Shown here piece by piece: positions 29,697 to 39,257 of a DNA stretch of 64,000 nucleotides. The notes below the pieces were generated by a model, which was not told the origin of the DNA, did no database searches, and worked only from the letters and a program-made list of their open reading frames with translations. The translations under genes were made by a program, and so were the position numbers. The DNA comes from an uncultured delta proteobacterium (lineage in GTDB: Bacteria; Desulfobacterota; Binatia; UBA9968). The stretch covers positions 128,001 to 192,000 of the forward strand of contig CAVTUQ010000026.1 of NCBI GenBank assembly GCA_963737905.1, read 5' to 3'. How positions within the stretch are numbered: the stretch's first letter is position 1; every line of letters begins with the position of its first letter.

Positions 29697-29713
29697 CCTC
29701 CTGACTTTCGGCC

Positions 29714-29779
29714 GTCTAACGTTTTAGCGTTCAGCAGCCGCCGCGTTGGGCGTGGGTCTGCTGCGACGCCGCGTTAAAC
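29714..29779 (-). mobile_element. Integron attC site (66 bp)
   Basis: Minus strand GTTTAAC-gcggc-gtcgcagcagac...gctgctgaacgc-taaaac-GTTAGAC: RYYYAAC/GTTRRRY ends with inner inverted L boxes. Confidence 0.85.
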
Positions 29780-30873
29780 GCTGCCTCATGGGACTCTAGT
29801 GATCCCGAGTCAGTAGAGGGATCATATTGTCGTACAGTAACCCCTTTCTCGTGGAGCTTGGCATAACGTTCCGGTCCTCCCCACCAATTGTACGCCGCGA
29901 AGGGATGTTTGTGCAGGTAATGTTCTCCCATTCCTGCCATCAGCATATACTCGAATCTGGTGAGTTGCCCCTGTCGACCACCGGCCACTGCGCGACTGAC
30001 TACATCATCGTCGAATCCTTGAATGCACGTATCAACTTGCTCCAGTGTTTTAAACCCAAGTCTTCGCAAGAGCCTCGCCGTCCAGTCGTATGAGGAGTCT
30101 GACATCCGACCGTCAGAACCAAGTCTTTGGTCGAGAAATGCTTTAACAGCGTCAGGCGTAATTTCAACTCGTTCTAATTCACCGCGTTCAACACGACTGC
30201 GAGCCTCGACGGTGAGGCGACGATCATCATCTTGGATCGCCTGAAACTCGCGGTCAGCGATTTCCAACATTCCGGCAAGGGCCATGAATCGTCGTCTTAT
30301 CGCCGTCGGGATTACGGAAGATGACTTGTACTGAATGTCATGCTCTATTTCGGCCCAGGCATGCTGTAATATCGTTCGCACCTGGATCTCTGTTATGGCA
30401 TCCGCGAAAGGCTCGTATTCGGGAAGCTCGGAGCGTCGAGGATCAAGCCTTATGAGATAGTGAATACTCTGATAACCGAATCGCTCTTCTTCTATCAAAT
30501 CAGCTCCCTTGTTCGAGCGCTCGACTATCATGAATTCGTCTTCAATGATGTCATTGATTTCAGACAGGGTCCCCGGAAAAAATGCAATTACTCGAACACC
30601 TGCGAGGTCGGTAATCTCCTGGAGAGGATTTGCGTACTTTGGTCGAGTCGGGTCTTCGTCAGAGGGAAGCGCGGCTTTCTTCGCTAGGCTCGTTGGATCC
30701 TTCGAGCGACCTTGTACGGAATGGACTTTGATTCCACGCCGTTTGAAAGCTTCTTCCAGAATTCGTCTCACGACTTGAGCAAGATCTTCGAAGAAGGTCC
30801 GTCTCTCAAGATAAGTCGTAACAGCAGCTTGGGCGTGGTGCTTCAAATCCAGCGATGTTTCAAATTCAGCCAT
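29731..30873 (-). CDS. RelA/SpoT-domain nucleotidyltransferase (small alarmone synthetase-like), integron cassette gene
   Basis: GRSKD..SL..K, ITDLAGVRVI, GYQSIHY, EIQVRTILQHAWAEIEHDIQYK. Less GC-rich than its flanks and bounded by GTTAGAC sites. Confidence 0.88.
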   Translation of the reverse strand: MAEFETSLDLKHHAQAAVTTYLERRTFFEDLAQVVRRILEEAFKRRGIKVHSVQGRSKDPTSLAKKAALPSDEDPTRPKYANPLQEITDLAGVRVIAFFPGTLSEINDIIEDEFMIVERSNKGADLIEEERFGYQSIHYLIRLDPRRSELPEYEPFADAITEIQVRTILQHAWAEIEHDIQYKSSSVIPTAIRRRFMALAGMLEIADREFQAIQDDDRRLTVEARSRVERGELERVEITPDAVKAFLDQRLGSDGRMSDSSYDWTARLLRRLGFKTLEQVDTCIQGFDDDVVSRAVAGGRQGQLTRFEYMLMAGMGEHYLHKHPFAAYNWWGGPERYAKLHEKGVTVRQYDPSTDSGSLESHEAAFNAASQQTHAQRGGC

Positions 30874-30905
30874 TTTTCACTCTAGATTACCGCTTTGATG
30901 CATGG

Positions 30906-30932
30906 GTCTAACTATTGAGTCTGTTGTTCAAC
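30906..30932 (-). mobile_element. Putative attI site
   Basis: Minus strand GTTGAAC-aacagactcaata-GTTAGAC, 33 bp before the cassette ATG and downstream of the intI remnant. Confidence 0.7.
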
Positions 30933-30968
30933 CTAGTACGATCCTCAAAATTTCGATAAGCCATCGGG

Positions 30969-30997
30969 ATTCTCCTGCTCCGACAAGTAGATGTCAA
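30969..30997 (-). promoter_or_regulatory. Candidate cassette promoter (Pc-like)
   Basis: TTGACA-17 bp-GAGAAT pointing into attI. Confidence 0.55.
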
Positions 30998-31071
30998 GAA
31001 TTCTTTGAAGCGTAGTCGGACGACAAAAGCTGGGCTGCATATTATCAATAGGGCTGACAATAGACGATCCT

Positions 31072-31494
31072 CTATCCCATCCACGAATCCGCCGGGCTAC
31101 GTACACCTCTTCCCCCTCGGTTTAGTACGTGGGTAATAAATCGTAGTGGTTACGTCGGAGTGCCCGAGCAACTCTTGAACCGTCCTGATATCATAACCAT
31201 CCTCCAACAAGTGGGTCGCAAACGAATGGCGAAACGTGTGCGGAGTTGCGGGCTTTGGCAGCCCGGCCTCGCGAACGGCTTGTTTCACGACCTTCTGTAA
31301 AACCGATTCGTGTAGGTAATGTCTGCGCTGCTCTCCGGTTTCCTGATCTGTGTAGTGGCTTGTTGCGGGGAATACCCATTGCTATTCCCACTCCTTTTCA
31401 GCGTTTATTTGTGCTCCAGGGCATTCGGCAGTGCGACCCGGCCCAAGCCGCGTTCGAGATCGCGCCGGTGTTCGCAAACACGTACTGCCTTAAG
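31072..31494 (-). pseudogene. intI: Integron integrase, C-terminal half only, with stops and frameshifts
   Basis: [39 protein letters not shown] (IntI-specific insertion), [43 protein letters not shown]. Confidence 0.92.
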
Positions 31495-31671
31495 CGCCAG
31501 GAACACGACCAAGAATAAGGTCAGTGATCGGATCGAATGCGGTATTAAAGGCACATGGGCAGGATCAAGATTTCTCGACGTTTGAGAAAAAACGCGGGCA
31601 CGCGTTTACGTTTCGGGTCTCCGAGTTTCATCTTCGACCCAAGACCCGAAACGCAACGCTTCTTGCAATCT

Positions 31672-32058
31672 TCAGGCGACAACCGGCTCGGTTACCGGAA
31701 TGTGGCTAGGAATCTTCGGCACCCGAGTTCGTGGCTGGCCGTTCACGCCGGCGTTGCCGGCTCCAAGGAGAAGCATTCTTCCTTCGCCGGTATTGCAGAG
31801 CTGATAGGGCTCGCCTGATTTTAGTAATACCGTGTCGAATTGTTTCAGCACGAACTCCCTATGCGGCGTGCGGACCGTGCACTCACCTTCAATGACCATA
31901 AAAATATGGTCATCGTTCTCGTGGTAGTGCATGTCGTCCTGAATTTTCGGCTCGCAATTGATCACCCAGAAATAGGCCAGATCGGTGCGCCAGAGACCGA
32001 GATGATTAACTTTCGGGTTGGCATCGGCTTCCTTGATGAGATTCTTCATTTCGACCAT
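31672..32058 (-). CDS. Cupin domain protein
   Basis: MHYHENDDHIFMVIEGE...SGEPYQLCN; GAGGAGG RBS. Confidence 0.8.
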   Translation of the reverse strand: MVEMKNLIKEADANPKVNHLGLWRTDLAYFWVINCEPKIQDDMHYHENDDHIFMVIEGECTVRTPHREFVLKQFDTVLLKSGEPYQLCNTGEGRMLLLGAGNAGVNGQPRTRVPKIPSHIPVTEPVVA

Positions 32059-32084
32059 GGTGTTCCTCCTCTTTATTGTTTACT

Positions 32085-32168
32085 GTTCAATCGCTTCGCT
32101 CAGTTCAACCGCTTTGCTCCGTTCAAACGGTTTAAACGGTTTGAACGACTGGAACGGCTTGAACGGTT
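32085..32168. repeat. Nonamer tandem inverted repeat (GTTCAA... / TTGAACGG.)
   Basis: gttcaatcg...gttcaaccg...gttcaaacg...ttgaacgac tggaacggc ttgaacggt. Confidence 0.7.
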
Positions 32169-32170
32169 GG

Positions 32171-32443
32171 CTATCCTTGATTACGCGGCGGTCGTTCTTT
32201 GGGTTTGACCAGGCGTCCATGAGTCCCGTCGCAATAGGGATGATCCTTGGATCTCCAGCAACGGCAGATGGCGATGGTCGTTGGCTCGTCGAGTTCCAGG
32301 ATGTGCGGCGTGATGCTCGTGACTACGTGGGAGCCGTCGCAGAAGGGCGGGTTTTTCGTGCGCGTGCAGCGGCAATAGGCCACGCTCTTTGAGACTTGCC
32401 TGACAATGGTGGGTTCAATGAGATCGTCGTACGATAGTCCCAT
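32171..32443 (-). CDS. CDGSH iron-sulfur (NEET) protein with two motifs
   Basis: CRCTRTKNPPFCDGSH and CRCWRSKDHPYCDGTH. Confidence 0.92.
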   Translation of the reverse strand: MGLSYDDLIEPTIVRQVSKSVAYCRCTRTKNPPFCDGSHVVTSITPHILELDEPTTIAICRCWRSKDHPYCDGTHGRLVKPKERPPRNQG

Positions 32444-32535
32444 GGGGTCTCCTTATTGGACTCTATCTAAACTTTCGCTTCCTCGATCAGCAGGTTAGCC
32501 GCAGTTTGGCGCGACTGTCAACCGCTGCCTTGCAA

Positions 32536-33462
32536 TCATCGCTCAAGCAGCTTAAGCGCATTGCGACCGAGAATGTCCTCCCGCTCCGCTTCCGTCAGAG
32601 GCAAATCTTCTATGATCTTCTTGGCGCGGGGAAGGAGCGGCAATAAGGGCGGCGCGTCGCTACCGAACAACAACTGCTTTGCGCCCACCGTCTGATAAGC
32701 GCACATGACCGCAGGCGGGTGATAGGCCACGGTATCCATATGGAGCGTTCGCAAATAGTCGCTCGGACGCTTGGTAATAAGCATGGGCTCATAGGTTCCC
32801 AACCCCGATGCCTGGTCGCCGAGCTCATAGGCGTAGTCCATGCGGCCGATCACCTCGCAAATGCCGCCGCCCAGGTGGCAGCCGACGAATTTCAGCTTGG
32901 GAAATTTCTCGAAGACGCCGCGCACGATCATGCGGGAGATGGCCAAACACTCATCAAAAGGTCGCCCGACGCTCGACGCCAGGCGGTATTCCTTCATCCG
33001 CTCCTCACCGAAACCCACGGACGGGGCATGCATCATCACTGGGATACCAAGACTTGTGACCATTTCGAAAAATGGCCGAGCCTCATCGTCGTCCGGGTAG
33101 GCGCCCTGGTGACTGGAGTTGACGAGCACGCCCTTCAAACCGCATTCAATGATTGCCCGCTCCAGCTCCTTTAGGAAAGCTTGGCCGCCACAGGGCAGGG
33201 TGCTGGTAAAGACCACGATTCGTCCTCGATGCTGCTGTTGAATCTCAGCGCCGTAGTCATTCCAGCGGCGGAGAAACGCCAAGGACTCCTCCGCGGTCTT
33301 GTCTCTAAGATAATGGATGGTATTGCTGACGACGCAGAGATCGATGCCGGCGCGCTCGTGGGCTTCCAGCAGGTTTTCAATGGTAAGAGGGGAAGCGCCG
33401 CCCCAGCGCCGCTCCCTGGCCAATTCGGGCGGGTAGACGTGAGCGTGCCAATCGACGATCAT
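32536..33462 (-). CDS. Amidohydrolase family protein (ACMSD/decarboxylase-like)
   Basis: VDWHAHVYP, MMHAP, HLGGG..GRMD, FGSDAP. Confidence 0.88.
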   Translation of the reverse strand: MIVDWHAHVYPPELARERRWGGASPLTIENLLEAHERAGIDLCVVSNTIHYLRDKTAEESLAFLRRWNDYGAEIQQQHRGRIVVFTSTLPCGGQAFLKELERAIIECGLKGVLVNSSHQGAYPDDDEARPFFEMVTSLGIPVMMHAPSVGFGEERMKEYRLASSVGRPFDECLAISRMIVRGVFEKFPKLKFVGCHLGGGICEVIGRMDYAYELGDQASGLGTYEPMLITKRPSDYLRTLHMDTVAYHPPAVMCAYQTVGAKQLLFGSDAPPLLPLLPRAKKIIEDLPLTEAEREDILGRNALKLLER

Positions 33463-33490
33463 TTACGTTGCTCCTTAACAGAAGACTTAT

Positions 33491-33600
33491 TTCACCGCAG
33501 AGGCTCAGAGTTCACATGGTTGACAAGCTCACCACGAGCGGAATTCTTCATAGCCGGCATCCTGAGCTTGGTCAGGATGCGCCCTCCGCGCCTCCGCGTG
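33491..33600. repeat. Nonamer-type inverted repeat related to 27961-28051, with an inner hairpin
   Basis: ttcaccgcagaggctcagagttc...gcatcctga-tcaggatgc...ctccgcgcctccgcgtg. Confidence 0.65.
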
Positions 33601-33642
33601 AGTTTCCGATTGTTTTTCTTTGATGCACAGCGGTGCTTGAAG

Positions 33643-34602
33643 TCATCTCCCTTTAATTCCTAACTCCGCCTGGGCCTCATGAAGAAATCTTAAATCGGCG
33701 ACGTCAGTCGGCGCAACCTCTCTCGTGACTTTGGCGTTGCGGCGCGCTTGATCGATGACGAGCCTGAGCCCGTCCTCCGGAACGCCTCCATCGGGGTTGA
33801 AAAGATTTCGGAGCGCATCATAAGAGGCATAGGCATAGTCCCGCTCGACCTTGCCCCAATCAACTAACGTGCGGACCGCTTCTTCGCGATTCTCGCGGAT
33901 GAAACGGTTGGCGCGAATCGTTGCTTTGATGACTCTGCGAATCTCCTCGGGCTTCTCCTTTATTTTTTTTGTGTGGGTGCCGAGACCCAGATAGGGGAAA
34001 CTAAAAAGCTCATAGGCACGCGCGAGAATTCTGTAGCCCTGCTTCTCCATCTGGGCGTCGGCCGGCGGCGAAATGACAACGACGTCGACCACTCGCTGTT
34101 TCAATGCGGTGAGTCTGGCGGCATCGGAACCCAGGGCGAGAACTTTGATGTCTTTCTCCGGGTCCAGGCCGGCCTGCTTCAGCATCATGCGCGCGCCGAC
34201 GTCGGGCGTCGCTCCAAAGCTGCTAATGCCCAGGGTCTTGCCCTTAAGTTCCTTGAGCGAGCTGTATTCCGGTTGCGCAATGAGAGTCATGGGCCAGTTA
34301 TCGAGAAAACCGGCGACGATCCTCACGGGGAGCCCAGCGATGGCACCGCCGACCACCGCGCCGAAGAGCTGGCAGTAATCGATGTCGGCGGTGGCGAGCG
34401 CCGTGATCGCGACATTGGGATTCATGCGGATGATCTCCGCGTCCATATTTTCATCTTTGAAGAAGCCCTTTTTCTGCGCGACGGCCACGGTCAAATTCGG
34501 CATGTTAGGATTGGAGACGGCAATCCGAATCCGCTCGAGCGCGTTAACCTGAGGGGTGAGCCAGATGAAGATGACGAGCGTGGCGAGGATTTGTGCGATC
34601 AT
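33643..34602 (-). CDS. ABC transporter substrate-binding protein (NMT1/SsuA-like)
   Basis: Signal peptide, AQKKGFFKDE, ELKGKTLGISSFGA. Confidence 0.88.
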   Translation of the reverse strand: MIAQILATLVIFIWLTPQVNALERIRIAVSNPNMPNLTVAVAQKKGFFKDENMDAEIIRMNPNVAITALATADIDYCQLFGAVVGGAIAGLPVRIVAGFLDNWPMTLIAQPEYSSLKELKGKTLGISSFGATPDVGARMMLKQAGLDPEKDIKVLALGSDAARLTALKQRVVDVVVISPPADAQMEKQGYRILARAYELFSFPYLGLGTHTKKIKEKPEEIRRVIKATIRANRFIRENREEAVRTLVDWGKVERDYAYASYDALRNLFNPDGGVPEDGLRLVIDQARRNAKVTREVAPTDVADLRFLHEAQAELGIKGR

Positions 34603-34759
34603 GTTGAATCGTTTAGGGTGTTAATAATGTTGACGCGCTATCGCTTTTAGCTGCAACTTCCTATGCCTAAGCGCGGGCGCTGTCAAGCGGCCCGCAATTC
34701 GGTTACTCTGGCATTTTGGTTCATTGCAACACGATCGGTATAGGGTGTCACAGTTCTTC

Positions 34760-34789
34760 TTGACGAAATTTATTTGCCTTTGCTAGCAT
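34760..34789 (+). promoter_or_regulatory. Possible sigma-70 promoter
   Basis: TTGACG-18 bp-TAGCAT with an extended TG. Confidence 0.4.
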
Positions 34790-34858
34790 TCGCTCCGACG
34801 CCAACATGAGGCACCTTCGTGTATAACTGGAAATCATTCTCCCGAACGAAATCGTAGC

Positions 34859-36478
34859 ATGGCTTCAACACCCTCAGACTTGGGCGTAAGAATCGCTTAT
34901 TTCTTTCTTGATCGCACACCGATCGGAAAGCTCGTACGGTGGGTAGCGGGCATCAAGTCTTCGGTCCACGCAAAACTAGTCACTGGGTTTTTGCTTGTGA
35001 CGTTACTCTTCATCGCGATGGGATGGTTCAGTCTGCAAGCCATTACCAAGATGTCTGAACAGACCACTCTCCTGGATCAAGCTCATAAACGGGTCGAGTG
35101 GTCGCGCCAGATCCAGCATGCGTTGGCGTTGCAGATGAATTTCACTGCCATGGCCCTGCTCGTGCGCGACGAGGCGACGGTGGAGAAGATTTTGCGTGAA
35201 AACAATCGCTTTAACAATACGCTGGCGCTGATTGCCGAAGCTGCCGTGCCGGAGGAGCAGGACGTCATTCAGCGGATCCGCGTTGCCCAGGGAGAAGCTT
35301 TGACTGCGGTGGCGGACATCGCAAATCTCTTGCGCGACGGGAAGGTGAACGAGGCCATGAGTTTGCAAACGAGCAAAGGGTATCCGCTCTATGAGCAGAT
35401 CGCGGGACTGGTGGATCAGATCGTGATCGCTGAGCAGTCGAAGATGACCGGCCTGAGAGCCAGCGTCGCCGCAGCGACTCAAAGAACGCAGAGGCTCATG
35501 GGCGGATTCGTGGTAAGTTCAATATTACTGGCGCTTCTGCTCGGCTTTGTAATCTCGTGGTCGTTCATATTGCCTGTGCGGGAAGCCCATGGCTTCCTGA
35601 CCGAAATAGCCAAGGGCAATTTCCAAGCCACCATCAAGGTTCCCAACCGAGACGAATTCGGTGACTTGGCAGATCGGATGAATCAAATGAGCCAGGAGTT
35701 ACACGACTTATATGAACACCAGCGAACCGCGGCGCAAGAACTGCAGATGCTCAATGCGCGGCTCACGGAGGCGAGCAAGGCCAAGTCCGAATTTCTCGCC
35801 AACATGAGCCATGAGTTGCGCACACCCATGAACGCTATTCTAGGATTCATTGAGATGATTCTGGACGACATCTATGGAGAGGTACCGCCTCACTTGAGAG
35901 AGCCTCTGATAGATGTCCAAGTAAATGGCAAGCATTTGCTCAATCTGATAAATGATGTTCTGGATCTTTCTAAGATTGAAGCCGGGCGCATGGAGCTCGT
36001 TTTGGGCGAGTATTCCGTGCAGGACGTGGTGGAGACCGTCCGCACTTCGCTTCAATCGCTGGCGTTGGAAAAGGGATTGGGATTCGCCGCTGCAGCCGAG
36101 GAAAATATTCCGCTCGCTTTTGGGGACGGAAGGCGCATCGCCCAATGCCTCATGAACCTGGTGGGAAACGCGCTGAAATTCTGCAAACATGGGAGCGTCG
36201 CGGTTTGGGTAGAGCGACAGGGGGACGATCTGCTCTATCACGTGTCGGATACCGGAATCGGCATACCCAAGGAGGAGTTGAAAAACATTTTTACTGAGTT
36301 CCGGCAAGTCGATACGGCGATGACGCGGGAGTTCAGCGGGACCGGCCTCGGGCTTAATATCACGAAGAAGTTCGTGGAAATGCACGGCGGCCGGATCTGG
36401 GTGGAGAGCGAGCTGGGAAAGGGATCGACCTTTTTCTTTTCAATCCCTTTGCGTGTCAACGATGGAGGGACCCCATGA
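34859..36478 (+). CDS. Membrane sensor histidine kinase (four-helix periplasmic domain, HAMP, HisKA, HATPase)
   Basis: ANMSHELRTPM, NLVGNALKF, DTGIGI, GTGLGL. Confidence 0.95.
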   Translation: MASTPSDLGVRIAYFFLDRTPIGKLVRWVAGIKSSVHAKLVTGFLLVTLLFIAMGWFSLQAITKMSEQTTLLDQAHKRVEWSRQIQHALALQMNFTAMALLVRDEATVEKILRENNRFNNTLALIAEAAVPEEQDVIQRIRVAQGEALTAVADIANLLRDGKVNEAMSLQTSKGYPLYEQIAGLVDQIVIAEQSKMTGLRASVAAATQRTQRLMGGFVVSSILLALLLGFVISWSFILPVREAHGFLTEIAKGNFQATIKVPNRDEFGDLADRMNQMSQELHDLYEHQRTAAQELQMLNARLTEASKAKSEFLANMSHELRTPMNAILGFIEMILDDIYGEVPPHLREPLIDVQVNGKHLLNLINDVLDLSKIEAGRMELVLGEYSVQDVVETVRTSLQSLALEKGLGFAAAAEENIPLAFGDGRRIAQCLMNLVGNALKFCKHGSVAVWVERQGDDLLYHVSDTGIGIPKEELKNIFTEFRQVDTAMTREFSGTGLGLNITKKFVEMHGGRIWVESELGKGSTFFFSIPLRVNDGGTP

Positions 36479-36849
36479 GCGACAAGACCGTCCTTTACGT
36501 GGAGGACAACGAGTACAATCTCAAGATCGTCCGCCAATTGCTGGCCCGCACTTCTTATCGGCTGATCGAGGCGGTGGATGGCCAGCTAGGGGTGGAGACG
36601 GCGCTCCGCGAGTTGCCTGACCTGATTCTTATGGATATCCAGCTTCCCAAGCTGTCGGGGCTGGACGCGACCCGAATGCTTCGCGCTGATCCCAAGACCG
36701 CCGCCATTCCGATTATCGTGATCACCTCCTTCGCGCTCAGCGGCGACGACCAGAAGGCGAAGGATGCAGGCGCCTCTGCCTATCTGGCAAAGCCCTATAG
36801 TCCTCGCGAGCTGCTTCAGATGATTCGTAAATTTGTGCCTGAGAGTTGA
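36475..36849 (+). CDS. Single-domain response regulator (DivK-like)
   Basis: VEDN, LMDIQLP, AKP; ATGA overlap with the kinase. Confidence 0.93.
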   Translation: MSDKTVLYVEDNEYNLKIVRQLLARTSYRLIEAVDGQLGVETALRELPDLILMDIQLPKLSGLDATRMLRADPKTAAIPIIVITSFALSGDDQKAKDAGASAYLAKPYSPRELLQMIRKFVPES

Positions 36850-36873
36850 GTGCTTGGAGGAAAGGGTAGAGAC

Positions 36874-37935
36874 ATGGCAAGTCGACCTCCTCGCATATTG
36901 GCAGTCGACGACAACAAGCAAAATCTCGACCTTCTGACGAAAGCACTGACGTCGGCGCACTACGAGATCATCACTGCCACGGATGGCCCCACAGCCTTGA
37001 ATCTCGTCGAAAGCGCTGCCGCGGATTTGGTCCTCTTGGACGTCATGATGCCTGGTATGTCAGGGTACGAAGTCTGCGAGAGAATTCGCGCCAACGAAAC
37101 CACGCGCCGGCTGCCGGTGGTGATGTTAACGGCACTGCACGATGTTTCCCATCGGATCAGAGGCATCGAAGCAGGTGCCGACGACTTTTTGACCAAACCC
37201 TTTAACCGAGAGGAGTTGTTGACTCGCGTCAAGTCCCTGCTGAGGATCAAGACGCTGCACGATGACATTGAGACAAAAAACCGCCTGCTCCGGACGCTTT
37301 TCGGTCGGTACGTCTCCGAAGAAGTGGCTGCGGAGATCATGGCCGATCCGGAACGTCAGTTAAAGTTGGGCGGGGAAAAGCGCGAGGTCACCGTTCTCTT
37401 TGGCGACCTGCGCGGGTTCACACCGCTGGCTGAGCGACTTGACCCGCAGGATGCCGTCGAGATTCTCAACGTTTATCTATCGCATGTGATCGACATTGTC
37501 TTTGAGAATAAAGGCACCCTCGACAAATTTCGAGGAGACGGGGTCATGGCGTTTTTTGGCGCGCCGATAGGTCACAAAGATCACCCGTCCAGTGCGGTGC
37601 GCTGTGCGCTTGCCATGCAGGAGCAATTAAAAGGTATCAGCTTCGCCAGATTTCCCGACCTTCATCTCCACATGGGGATCGGAATCAACACCGGAACTGT
37701 TATCGCTGGAAATATCGGATCGGAACGGAGAACGGATTACACGGTAATCGGCAACGAGGTCAATGTGGCCCAGCGGTTCGAGTCGAACGCCGGACCCGGG
37801 CAGATCCTAATTACCGGCAGTACCTACGAGCACCTCAAAGAAGCCTTAGAGGTTCGCGAGCTAGGGCTCTTGAGAGTGGCAGGGAAGCAAGAAGGGGTAA
37901 TGGCTTACGACGTACTCCGCTGGCGCGGGCTATAA
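36874..37935 (+). CDS. Response regulator fused to a class III adenylate cyclase
   Basis: REC (LLDVMMP); FGDLRGFT, DKFRGDG, DYTVIGNEVNVAQR (Lys/Asp adenine-specifying pair). Confidence 0.93.
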   Translation: MASRPPRILAVDDNKQNLDLLTKALTSAHYEIITATDGPTALNLVESAAADLVLLDVMMPGMSGYEVCERIRANETTRRLPVVMLTALHDVSHRIRGIEAGADDFLTKPFNREELLTRVKSLLRIKTLHDDIETKNRLLRTLFGRYVSEEVAAEIMADPERQLKLGGEKREVTVLFGDLRGFTPLAERLDPQDAVEILNVYLSHVIDIVFENKGTLDKFRGDGVMAFFGAPIGHKDHPSSAVRCALAMQEQLKGISFARFPDLHLHMGIGINTGTVIAGNIGSERRTDYTVIGNEVNVAQRFESNAGPGQILITGSTYEHLKEALEVRELGLLRVAGKQEGVMAYDVLRWRGL

Positions 37936-37972
37936 AAAGCGCAACAGAGATCGATCGCAGGAGGAAAATTCA

Positions 37973-38425
37973 ATGAGTAACAATCACAAGCAGGGGCTCG
38001 TAGGGGCCGTCGCGGTGCTCGGTCTCGCTCTAGGTCAGCTCGCCGTTGGGTTGACGCCGCCTGTGTGGCCGGGACAGGCAGAGCAGTTTACTCCCGAGTT
38101 CAAGGAGGTGCGCAAATCCTTCGATGCCAAGCACACGCCGAAAATCGTCGCGCCGGATACCGTCAAGCGGGGTCAATGGTTCGATGTCACGGTCTCTGTT
38201 GGAAGCGGTGGGGAGCATCCTTCGCTGAGCGAGCACGCTATCCGGTACATTGCCCTGTACATCAACACTGCAGAGATCTCCCGAGTTTATCTCCACCCGG
38301 TCTACTCGTACCCTAAGGTCACCTTCACGATTGCACTGGACGAGGGAGGATCACTTCGCGCCTTGGACGAGCCGAATCATTCGGCGGCCTGGGAAGCGTC
38401 AAAAAAAATTACGGTGGTTCCTTAG
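37973..38425 (+). CDS. Secreted desulfoferrodoxin/superoxide reductase-like (SORL) protein
   Basis: KHTPKI, HPSLSEHAIRYI, PNHS..W; signal peptide. Confidence 0.7.
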   Translation: MSNNHKQGLVGAVAVLGLALGQLAVGLTPPVWPGQAEQFTPEFKEVRKSFDAKHTPKIVAPDTVKRGQWFDVTVSVGSGGEHPSLSEHAIRYIALYINTAEISRVYLHPVYSYPKVTFTIALDEGGSLRALDEPNHSAAWEASKKITVVP

Positions 38426-38439
38426 CTGACCGGTCAAGA

Positions 38440-39153
38440 TCACTTCTTCTCCATGCGCACGGTGATGGTCTGAGTGTCTTTGCCGGACACAGTGACCTCC
38501 TGGTCGACGCGTCCCAAGGTTTCTTGCCAAGCCTGAAGCTTGTATTTGCCCGGCGGTACGTTTTCGAAGACGAATTCTCCCTCTTCGTTGGTCACCGCAT
38601 AGAAAGGGTGCTCGGCGACCACTATCCAACCGCGCATCCAGGAGTGAAGATCGCAATCGACACGAAGGACCTCCGGGCTCTTGAACCCGATCGAAATCGT
38701 CCGCGCGTGCGGTTGCGCGCGGTTGAAGGGCGGATTCTCCTTGCCGCCGCCGCGTACATTATGTAACAGCCGGTCGCTGTTGAGGAATTCAACTGTGCCG
38801 CCGACCGGAACGATGACCACGCGGGGCACGAAGACGCATTGCTTCTGATCCATTTTTGCCGGCGCAGGACTCGCCGGCGCTTTCGAGCCGGCTGGAACGC
38901 CGTTAAGGGACACGACGACATTGCGGATCCCATTGGTCGAGGAAAGGACCAAGTCGCCGGCTTCTTTTTCTTTGCCACACAGATATTGATCAATGGTTAC
39001 CGGGAACGTCTTCTTTTCCACTCGGGGCCCGGCGTAGCGAACGTTCCCTTTGATTGTTGTCGCCGACACGTTTACGGTAGCGAAGGCACAGAACACCACT
39101 ACACCAGCGATGGAAGAGATTTGTTTATTTCGCCGAGCGTCATAGCGTTTCAT
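38440..39153 (-). CDS. Secreted cupredoxin-like / carboxypeptidase-regulatory-like domain protein
   Basis: DQKQCVFVP, NSDRLLHNV, CDLHSWM, VPPGKYKLQAW. Confidence 0.75.
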   Translation of the reverse strand: MKRYDARRNKQISSIAGVVVFCAFATVNVSATTIKGNVRYAGPRVEKKTFPVTIDQYLCGKEKEAGDLVLSSTNGIRNVVVSLNGVPAGSKAPASPAPAKMDQKQCVFVPRVVIVPVGGTVEFLNSDRLLHNVRGGGKENPPFNRAQPHARTISIGFKSPEVLRVDCDLHSWMRGWIVVAEHPFYAVTNEEGEFVFENVPPGKYKLQAWQETLGRVDQEVTVSGKDTQTITVRMEKK

Positions 39154-39257
39154 CGGTTTGTATCCTTAAAAAACTATAACCTGAAAAAATGAGATAGGTT
39201 CCATTGACCATAGACATTAACCACTGACGTCTAGATCAGACTAACACACTATATTAA

